Under the pieces are notes generated by a model. That model did no database searches and was not told where the DNA came from. It saw nothing but the letters and a program-made list of their open reading frames with translations. Below, in pieces: positions 50,551 through 58,191 of a stretch of DNA of 64,000 bases; position 1 is the stretch's first letter, and every line of letters starts with the position of its first letter. Position numbers and translations under genes: made by a program. Source of the stretch: an uncultured Chitinophagales bacterium (GTDB lineage: Bacteria; Bacteroidota; Ignavibacteria; UBA10030; UBA6906); assembly GCA_964538485.1 (NCBI GenBank), contig CAZIHJ010000001.1:13899-77898 (forward strand), in the 5' to 3' direction.

Positions 50551-51120
50551 TTACGAAAAGGGATTTCTATTGTGCTTTGCTTGTTCCAGGAGACTGGAGC
50601 AATAGGCACAAAAGCTATGACTTTTCATATCGAGTTCTTCCACATACGACGCTGCATGCATGACGCATGAATGCTGTGAGCAGTGCACGAGGCCCAGCGA
50701 GTGTCCGAGCTCATGAGTTGCTACTTTTTGCAAACGTTCCCGGACAAGGAGTGTATTTGACGGAAGTCCGTACAGCTCATTGCGGAATCGGTGATATGAT
50801 ACAACGGCAACATTCCCGCCCAGCGGGGCCTCGCCGAACACATATGTGAGTATGGGTATATACAAGTCATACCCTGTCACTCCGACGAGTTGCACCCCAT
50901 TGTCTGCGTGCCGCGGTTTTGCGCTGTTGAGTTGAGCCAGGAAATGCAGAATAGCGGTAGAATTGTATTGCCCCCGCTGCACGTCGTAGAAACGATCAAT
51001 GGCAAAGCGGTCCGGACAAATTCTTACCGGGACGCCGAACGTTTCGTGCAACGTCGAGTCCAAACCATCAAATACACCGGGGTCAACCTCTGCCAGCGGT
51101 TGTACCTCAATTGCCGTCAT
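50551..51120 (-). CDS. Archaemetzincin-family zinc metallopeptidase
   Basis: HELGHSLGLVHC (HExxHxxGxxH) followed by Cys-rich CSQHSCVMH...CAYC, characteristic of AmzA. Confidence 0.75.
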   Translation of the reverse strand: MTAIEVQPLAEVDPGVFDGLDSTLHETFGVPVRICPDRFAIDRFYDVQRGQYNSTAILHFLAQLNSAKPRHADNGVQLVGVTGYDLYIPILTYVFGEAPLGGNVAVVSYHRFRNELYGLPSNTLLVRERLQKVATHELGHSLGLVHCSQHSCVMHAASYVEELDMKSHSFCAYCSSLLEQAKHNRNPFS

Positions 51121-52459
51121 TGCGCTTTAAACCGTACTTCTGAATCTTGTGATAGAGCGTTACCCGGTCAATGTCAAGAATTGTGGCTGCGCGGCTTACA
51201 TTCCATCCTGTTTCGGCGAGAACCTCTTTGATATACTTGTGCTCCACATCTTCAAGTGTCTTCCTGCCATTGATTCCGACTACAGATGTTCTCAATGGAA
51301 GATGGTCCTTTTCAATTGTCGATCCGACACTCACCACAACAGCACGCTCGATTGCATTCTCCAACTCACGCACATTTCCCGGCCATTCATACCCCTTTAG
51401 TTCGAGCATGGCTTCACGCGAAAACCCCTCGATCCTCTTGTTCATGGCACGCGAATATTTATCAAGGAAATGATGGGCGAGTTTTGCAATATCTCCCTTC
51501 CGGCTACGGAGGGGAGGGATATGAATTGGAAAGACATTCACACGGTAAAAGAGATCTTCCCGGAACGTCCCGTCCTTAACCGCTTGCTCAAGGTCTTTGT
51601 TCGTTGCACAAATCACCCTGAAATCCGACGTGAGCACATCGCTTCCACCGACTCGTGTGAACTGCTTTGTCTCAATGACGCGGAGCAAGTCCATTTGCGT
51701 CTTTGGGTCAATGTTGCCGATTTCATCAAGGAACAATGTCCCTCCGTCGGCCATCTCGACTTTTCCCTTCCTCCGGTACTGCGCACCTGTAAATGCCCCC
51801 TTTTCGTGGCCGAAGAGTTCACTCTCCAGCAATGTCTCAGTCATCGCGCCACAGTTTACCGTGACGAGAGAAAAGAACTTTCGTTGACTGGCATTGTGAA
51901 TGGCCCGTGCTACCAGCTCCTTGCCTGTGCCGCTCTCACCGCGAATCATGACCGTGGTGTCCGCGACGGCAACGGTCTTCACAAGTTTCAAAACGTTGAG
52001 AATTTCAGGCGATTCTCCCACAATCTCATCCCCGCTGGTGAGTTCGCTGACTGCATCTTTCAACCTCTGATTTTCCTTCAGCAGTTCCTGTTCCTTGAGG
52101 ATCTTCTCCACCAGATGATCAAGGTAATCGGGGTCAATGGGTTTGGTGATGTAGTCGTACGCACCATCCTTGAGGGATTTCACGGCGGTATCCACCGCAG
52201 CAAACGCCGTGATAATGATAACGGCGATATGTTTGTTGGTCTCCTTTACACGATGCAACAGCTCGATCCCATCCATACCAGGCATCCGGATGTCGACAAA
52301 CATGATATTCCAACGATTCAATTGCAGTTTTCTTAGTGCGGCTGCGGCATTCTCCGCCACGTCAACACGGTACCCCTCTTCGGCAAACCACTTTGATAGT
52401 GATTCCCTCACAATCAACTCATCGTCCACGACGAGAATCCCGATCTCATTGTTGTTCAT
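51107..52459 (-). CDS. Sigma-54-dependent response regulator (NtrC family)
   Basis: REC (ILVVDDE...DIRMPGMDG), GESGTGKE, GAFTGA, and a Fis-type HTH at the C-terminus. Confidence 0.9.
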   Translation of the reverse strand: MNNNEIGILVVDDELIVRESLSKWFAEEGYRVDVAENAAAALRKLQLNRWNIMFVDIRMPGMDGIELLHRVKETNKHIAVIIITAFAAVDTAVKSLKDGAYDYITKPIDPDYLDHLVEKILKEQELLKENQRLKDAVSELTSGDEIVGESPEILNVLKLVKTVAVADTTVMIRGESGTGKELVARAIHNASQRKFFSLVTVNCGAMTETLLESELFGHEKGAFTGAQYRRKGKVEMADGGTLFLDEIGNIDPKTQMDLLRVIETKQFTRVGGSDVLTSDFRVICATNKDLEQAVKDGTFREDLFYRVNVFPIHIPPLRSRKGDIAKLAHHFLDKYSRAMNKRIEGFSREAMLELKGYEWPGNVRELENAIERAVVVSVGSTIEKDHLPLRTSVVGINGRKTLEDVEHKYIKEVLAETGWNVSRAATILDIDRVTLYHKIQKYGLKRNDGN

Positions 52460-54110
52460 AATCCATTTCCTTTCTTATTCCGGAAGTGTCCGGTTGCGAT
52501 GCATCCACTTCTTGCTTTACCGGAAACGTCAAGGTGAATGTAGTTCCTGCTCCCGGCCTGGAGTCCACGAGGATGGTCCCGTGGTGGTGCTGAACGATCC
52601 CATACACGACCGCCAGACCCAGACCAACACCCTTGCCTTCAGATTTTGTTGTGAAGAATGGCTCAAAAACGTGCGCCTTCACATCGTTGCTCATTCCGCA
52701 TCCTGTATCACTTACGCGAAGGATGACCTTTTCGGGTTGCTGCTGTTGCACCTCGATCTTCAGCGTTCCACCTGAAGCTCCGGGGGAGTCCATTGCTTCG
52801 ATTGCATTCGACATCAAGGCGATAAGCGCCTGTTGCAGTTGATTGGAATCTCCATCCATTACGACATCGTCTGCACGCGACACGATCACATCGATTCCAT
52901 GCATCCGGGCGTGGTGGCTCATGAGCATAACGCATCGATCCACAACCGTGTTCAAGGAAAGAGCGCCAAATGATCCGCCCCGATGTCGCGCAAAGACGAG
53001 CAGGTTCTTCACGATATTGCCACAACGGAGCGATTCATCTGCGATGAGTTTCAGTTCATCATGCATTTGCAGAAGTTCTTTTTCCGTGAGGGTGTTTCGT
53101 TTCACCCTCTTCATCAACAGTCTTGCAAATGTCAGAATGCCTTCAAGCGGGTTATTAAGTTCATGGGCAACAGTCGCCGCAAGGTTTCCTAACGATGCCA
53201 TTTTCTCCACTGTCACCATATGCCTGTGCGCCCGCTCCAGGTCCGCAGTTTTCTCTTCAACCTTCTGCTCGAGAGTTCGGGACCATTCTGTGAGTTCTTC
53301 CCGCGCCGCGGCGAGGTCATCCGTCATCCGGTTGAACGTTACAGCGAGCGTCCCGAGCTCATCACGCGATGTTGCTTCGAGTTTCTGATCCAGTTGGCCG
53401 GACGATACCAACTGCATTCCAGTCATCAATCGTTTAACAGGCCGGTTGATGACCATCCAAATGAAGCCCCCCGAAATCAAGGAGATCAACAGCACGGCGG
53501 CAAACGAAAGGAGGAGGAGCTGGTTTCTGCTTTGTTGCAGATGGACGTCCACCTGTGCAAGTGACATTTTTACGTCCAGCACCCCGAGGATGGTTTTCGA
53601 TTCCGGGTGTGCATGACACGCGGCGTCTGAACATTGCTGTTCATTCCTGATCGGAGTGATGAGTCCGAGAACGCGATCACCGTTCGGTTTGCTGAACACA
53701 CGGGTGAGCTGAGCAGGTGTTTGGGAGACGCTATCGAGATGCGAAGACGAATGACAGCTCACACACGCCTCGGCGTTCACGTCAACCTGGGTGTGCGTTT
53801 CATCCGGAATGGATCCGAAGATCACTTCACCCTGTTTGTTGTAAATGCGGATTCCCTCGAGTCCCGGCTCACCCCCGACCGAAGTGATGATGCTGCGAAC
53901 ATCATCTTTTTGATTGAGCAACATGCTGTGGCGCGTGGAGCGGGCGATGAGATCGCTGACGCGCGTCGCACTCATGATCACATTTTCCATAATGTGAGAC
54001 TGCTGGATGTGGACCGCGGCGAAGGTCAACGCAAACAGTATGATCGTCTGTACAGAGACGATCAACAAAAAGAGTCTGAACGCGATTGTCCTTGTGAGTT
54101 TCATAACCAT
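52446..54110 (-). CDS. Sensor histidine kinase with periplasmic sensor domain containing CXXCH motif(s), HAMP, HisKA, HATPase
   Basis: TM1 (residues ~8-33), a ~155-aa periplasmic domain containing ACVSCHSS (CXXCH) and CSDAACHAH, TM2, HAMP, an H-box HELNNPLEGI, and G-boxes DTGCGM and GVGLGL. Confidence 0.85.
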   Translation of the reverse strand: MVMKLTRTIAFRLFLLIVSVQTIILFALTFAAVHIQQSHIMENVIMSATRVSDLIARSTRHSMLLNQKDDVRSIITSVGGEPGLEGIRIYNKQGEVIFGSIPDETHTQVDVNAEACVSCHSSSHLDSVSQTPAQLTRVFSKPNGDRVLGLITPIRNEQQCSDAACHAHPESKTILGVLDVKMSLAQVDVHLQQSRNQLLLLSFAAVLLISLISGGFIWMVINRPVKRLMTGMQLVSSGQLDQKLEATSRDELGTLAVTFNRMTDDLAAAREELTEWSRTLEQKVEEKTADLERAHRHMVTVEKMASLGNLAATVAHELNNPLEGILTFARLLMKRVKRNTLTEKELLQMHDELKLIADESLRCGNIVKNLLVFARHRGGSFGALSLNTVVDRCVMLMSHHARMHGIDVIVSRADDVVMDGDSNQLQQALIALMSNAIEAMDSPGASGGTLKIEVQQQQPEKVILRVSDTGCGMSNDVKAHVFEPFFTTKSEGKGVGLGLAVVYGIVQHHHGTILVDSRPGAGTTFTLTFPVKQEVDASQPDTSGIRKEMDYEQQ

Positions 54111-54281
54111 CCCTGAAAGACAAGACGGAACCTACCGTGTTGAATTTATTCACAATTCATGCCAGCAGGGCTTCACGGTGATTCCGTCCATTTGGGAACG
54201 AATATTCCTTTTCAGACCGAACAGTCTTTTGTCAACTCTGGTGACCGCCTCTTGCTTTTGTAGCAGGAATGACAAACACCG

Positions 54282-55502
54282 TCATCCCCGTGAATCTGCG
54301 GGGACAAAACCCGCTCCGGCACCCGGGAGCTCCACTGCCTCTGAAACGTGGTCAGCACCCGCCACATGGCCGTGTTCGACCTCTTTCCCGAACACATCGA
54401 AGTACCGGGCAACAAATGAGAACGCAACGAATCCAAACGCGGCGAGAGCTATGGTGATGGCAAGTTCCTGCCATGAAGGAATATATGTCCGCGTTTGCCA
54501 CTGCTCCATGCTGGTGATGGCGGTATTCAATCTGTGGGCGACGAACCCAAGCAACACAAGAACGGAGGAATAGAACAGCCCGGTTTTACTCGTCCGGACT
54601 TTCTTGAACAGGAGCAGAGCGAAAGGAACCAGCACTCCCAATACGACTTCGCCAATGAACATCATGCTCTGGTACGTTGGTTCAAACACGTATTGTAATG
54701 CATCCCGATTCACCAGATCCTGAATTCGTACAGTGAAGTACAGAGCAAGCACGACTACCACGACTTTCGCCAACTGGGAGAGCAATGGCAGTTCTATTTC
54801 TCTCCCGAAGGCTCGCGCTGAAAGGAAGGATTCGAAGATCGTCATGCACAACCCTGCCGCAACGCACGAGATGATGAAGAGAAACGGAATGACGTTGGAA
54901 TACCAGAGCGGGTGCATTCTGCCTGGGATGATAAGGAACAGTGACCCGAGGGAAGACTGGTGGAGAGTAGAAAGAAGCACACCCGCAACGACCAATGGAA
55001 TAGTGATTGCCTTGACGACCTTCAACGCTCGCTTGAGCCGGAAACGCTCAAGAATCACGGGGCTAAACTCCAACGCGAGCACCGTGGTGTACAGCATCAC
55101 GCACCAGGCAACTTCGAACATCACCGATCTTGGGTTCCAATAAATGAGTGCGTGCCAGATGGCCCACGGACGCCCGAGATCAACCATCAGGCCTGCAATG
55201 ACAAGCAGATATCCGAGAAACGCTGTAAGAATGGTTGGTCGGAGAATTGGTCTGAACCGCTCAATGTTGAAGATATACACTGCCGCCGCGATCGTGAATC
55301 CGCCTGCTGCGAGTCCGACCCCAACCAGAATATCGAACCCGATCCATAATCCCCACGGAAATGTATCTGCGAGATTAGTTGTGGCCCCGAGGCCGAGAGT
55401 GAAGCGCTGGATCGTCGCCACAAGTCCGGCCACCATCAACGCCACGGCAACTACTTTCCAAAAAGTTATCTTAAGAAGTCCAGGAAATTTCATGATCATC
55501 AC
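54282..55502 (-). CDS. NrfD/PsrC-family polytopic membrane quinol-interacting subunit
   Basis: Roughly 10 TM helices with the NrfD-like pattern (GLWIGFDILVGVGLAAGG...). Start codon overlaps the stop of the upstream NrfC-like gene. Confidence 0.8.
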   Translation of the reverse strand: MMIMKFPGLLKITFWKVVAVALMVAGLVATIQRFTLGLGATTNLADTFPWGLWIGFDILVGVGLAAGGFTIAAAVYIFNIERFRPILRPTILTAFLGYLLVIAGLMVDLGRPWAIWHALIYWNPRSVMFEVAWCVMLYTTVLALEFSPVILERFRLKRALKVVKAITIPLVVAGVLLSTLHQSSLGSLFLIIPGRMHPLWYSNVIPFLFIISCVAAGLCMTIFESFLSARAFGREIELPLLSQLAKVVVVVLALYFTVRIQDLVNRDALQYVFEPTYQSMMFIGEVVLGVLVPFALLLFKKVRTSKTGLFYSSVLVLLGFVAHRLNTAITSMEQWQTRTYIPSWQELAITIALAAFGFVAFSFVARYFDVFGKEVEHGHVAGADHVSEAVELPGAGAGFVPADSRG

Positions 55503-56281
55503 CTTGTGTTAGTATTTGCTTGATCGTCTTTTTTGCGCAACTCCTCGGCTTCGAACCTCGCTACTTCTGTTCGACGTGCGGTGATCCAATGAATGCCGAA
55601 GAGTACCACGCTCGCTGCAACCGTGTACTTCGGAATTTGTGAGAGCACGCGCCACGAGAGATTGGGAATCGGCTCATTTGGAATGTTCATCGGGAAACCG
55701 AGCTTCTCAAACGGTATGGCAGAGATGTACAGGACGGAAGTTCCCCCGGCCTCTTTCAGTCCATAGATGTAGTTCACATACTGTCCGGGATTCTCGTCGA
55801 TGCGTTTTCTTGCTTCCGTGATCATCTCATCCCGATCACCGAAGGTTGTCGCTCCGAACTGGCACGCTTCAGCGCATGCTGTTGGCTGACCTGCAGTCAC
55901 GCGCTCATAGCACATCTTGCACTTCTGGACTCTTGGCGCAAGACTGCTCCATTCATAGCGTGGGATCTCAAATGGACATGCCTGCATACAGTACCGGCAT
56001 CCGATGCACTTCGACTCATCGTAGACAACGGCACCGGTTTCTGTCTTAGTGAACGCTCCCACGAGACAGGCAGAAACACACGTCGGCTCGTTACAGTGCA
56101 TACACAGTTTGCGCACATGGACTTCGTCATTCTGGAAGCTTTTCAACACGGTGTATCGGGTTGAGGAGAGCTCCTGCCCATCCTCCTGGGGAAGACCGTT
56201 TGTTTCTGCGCAGGCACGTGTGCATTCGCCACACCCCACACACTTGGTGATATCGATAAGCAACGCTTTTGACGTACTCAT
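55499..56281 (-). CDS. NrfC/PsrB/HybA-like 4x[4Fe-4S] ferredoxin subunit with C-terminal TM anchor
   Basis: CVGCGECTRAC, CMHCNEPTCVSAC, CIGCRYCMQACP and CKMC...C clusters, plus a C-terminal hydrophobic helix. Confidence 0.85.
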   Translation of the reverse strand: MSTSKALLIDITKCVGCGECTRACAETNGLPQEDGQELSSTRYTVLKSFQNDEVHVRKLCMHCNEPTCVSACLVGAFTKTETGAVVYDESKCIGCRYCMQACPFEIPRYEWSSLAPRVQKCKMCYERVTAGQPTACAEACQFGATTFGDRDEMITEARKRIDENPGQYVNYIYGLKEAGGTSVLYISAIPFEKLGFPMNIPNEPIPNLSWRVLSQIPKYTVAASVVLFGIHWITARRTEVARFEAEELRKKDDQANTNTR

Positions 56282-56991
56282 TGGCCGATCTCCTTGTGAT
56301 CAGACTCTTGTGCTTTGCGTAAGGTCGTGAACGTGTGACCGAAATCCTCCCAGATGCGATCGTCAAGCTGCTGGAGAACGCCGTCGACCGGCAACCCGCC
56401 CTCCTGTAAGGTCACCGGCTGTCCCTCCATCTCATTCATCGCAATAAAGTCCCGCACCAATACCACTTGTTCCCGCAACCATTCCATCGGTTGGCGGATA
56501 ATGTATTGTCGTGATGCTGCAATATCATCTACCCTTGATTTCAAACGGACAAGCCATCCCTTTCCATACGGATCAGTCATTATGAGCGAAGGGTCTCTCA
56601 GAACATCAGGGTTCGGCTCGACAACTCCACCGGCAACAGGTGTTGCCAGCCGGAATGATCGGCCGTTCGCACCCATTGAAAAATCAGCAAAAGAGGGTCT
56701 CGTCGTCTCTCCAGCGGGTGGGACGGCGATTGTTTCAACTACTCCCATCAGCCGGCTGAGAAACCCGTCAATCCCCAGCGTAATTGTCCCATCGTGGTTG
56801 GTCCGCATCCACATATGGTTGGTAGCGAGTTCGACATCCTGCGGGAGGTGACTCGGGAGTTGGAAAGGCCGTGGCCGCGATGTCGCCTGGAATGGCTTTC
56901 GCACCGCGACAGGCCGGCTACGTTTTTTTTGAACAACGTGGTCGATTGCCAGGAAAGTAATCAGTGTGCACAGCACGAGTAAGACAGTCAT
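56278..56991 (-). CDS. Membrane-anchored glycine-cleavage H-protein-like (GcvH-fold) protein lacking the lipoyl-lysine
   Basis: N-terminal TM helix, then NHMWMRTNHDGTITLGIDGFLSRLMGVVETIAVP...PYGKGWLVRLK. This parallels GcvH (KEHEWL...GITEHAQ...VFVDLP...ESVKA...SEPYAGGWIFKIK) but no Lys sits at the lipoylation position. GGAGG RBS. Confidence 0.6.
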   Translation of the reverse strand: MTVLLVLCTLITFLAIDHVVQKKRSRPVAVRKPFQATSRPRPFQLPSHLPQDVELATNHMWMRTNHDGTITLGIDGFLSRLMGVVETIAVPPAGETTRPSFADFSMGANGRSFRLATPVAGGVVEPNPDVLRDPSLIMTDPYGKGWLVRLKSRVDDIAASRQYIIRQPMEWLREQVVLVRDFIAMNEMEGQPVTLQEGGLPVDGVLQQLDDRIWEDFGHTFTTLRKAQESDHKEIGQ

Positions 56992-57003
56992 GGTAGTTCT
57001 CCT

Positions 57004-57657
57004 CTATGATTTCAATTTCTTTTCCGTGACTAACGAACCGTCACGCACATCGACATGGAAAAACTGGCGAGCGATGCTCGACCACTCTTCGTCCGAGCAC
57101 TTGTCAGCGAGATTCTGCAACAGAACACCACCCTCCTGGAACATCAATGCGGGTGTTCTCGAAAAGAACCTGAGAAGTTCAGCGCGTTCCATATCCTGCC
57201 ATTTGATAGCCGCCCTTCCAGTGAAGAGATTGTTCAATTGGAAGTTGAGTTTGGTTGGCCGCACTTTGAGCAGCCATCCATCACCATAGGGGGAGCTATT
57301 GACAAGTGCAGGGTTGTTCTTCACCATTTCATTTTTTTCGATTACCCAACCGGTCACCGGACTTCTCATGGGCACCACTCGATTACCATGCCGTACGACC
57401 CATCCAACCTCCCCCTGGCGTACGCGACGAAGCAACCGTGGGAGCCTCAACTCATCAACGGCCCCGATGACTGATTGCCCGAAATCATCGATCCCGATAA
57501 CAACATCTCCATCCCGGGTCTGTCTCATCCATGTATGACCCGGATGCATGTAGCGTTTCACCATCACAGGTTCAGGATGGGCTTCAGGTTTTTCTTTTGC
57601 CATCATTCGGATGAGAATGATGACCGTCGCAGTGATTATTGCAAGTATAAGCGACAT
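57004..57657 (-). CDS. Membrane-anchored GcvH-like protein, paralog of the downstream gene, lacking lipoyl-lysine
   Basis: Trimmed to the ATG at 57657, which has an AGGAGG RBS. TM helix, then YMHPGHTWMRQTRDGDVVIGIDDFGQSVIGAVDELRLP...RHGNRVVPMRSPVTGWVIEKN...NSSPYGDGWLLKVRP, which aligns with GcvH position by position. The lipoyl-Lys is replaced by RHGNR. Confidence 0.6.
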   Translation of the reverse strand: MSLILAIITATVIILIRMMAKEKPEAHPEPVMVKRYMHPGHTWMRQTRDGDVVIGIDDFGQSVIGAVDELRLPRLLRRVRQGEVGWVVRHGNRVVPMRSPVTGWVIEKNEMVKNNPALVNSSPYGDGWLLKVRPTKLNFQLNNLFTGRAAIKWQDMERAELLRFFSRTPALMFQEGGVLLQNLADKCSDEEWSSIARQFFHVDVRDGSLVTEKKLKS

Positions 57658-58038
57658 GGCAACCTCCTTTGGGTTTCTGTTCACCTCTGTCGAAGAGTAA
57701 TAGTCCCAAGAAGTTTGCCAGATCACTCACGGGTTTTCAGCGGTGTAAACTCGTGCGACACAATAGGTTGAAACCTGTTGCAAAAACGAACATGTGATGA
57801 GATGAAACAAGAAGTTGAATAACACAACAGCGCCTTCGGCTGAGAGTCGGGATTTTAGCTGGATCTGGTTGTTATCAATGGAGTTGGAAGTGTGTTGAAA
57901 ATTGAAGCGAGAATGTGTAAGTAATCATCACTTCCAGACTGGAGAGTCGCTGATGCGGGAACAAAGTCAAGCCACGCTCATGTTGCCCCACCGGACGGAC
58001 TTTACACCTCCGAAAGTAACTGTTGAGGTTTTCAATAC

Positions 58039-58052
58039 TGGCATCCAATTCG
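58039..58052 (+). promoter_or_regulatory. Possible sigma-54 -24/-12 element (TGGCATccaatTCGC) upstream of the cytochrome operon
   Basis: GG-N10-GC spacing; TGGCA matches the -24 box; -12 reads TCGC instead of TTGC. Lies ~140 nt upstream of the ATG at 58192. Weak. Confidence 0.25.
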
Positions 58053-58191
58053 CCCCTTATTTCTCACAACTGAGAACCTCCACCCATGATTGAGATGCAA
58101 TTTCAGCGTTTTCATTGCTTTCTACCTCGGCATGTGCTTTGAATCTATGAAGGGTGTTGATTTGACAATACAACGGTTGATCTATCAGGTG

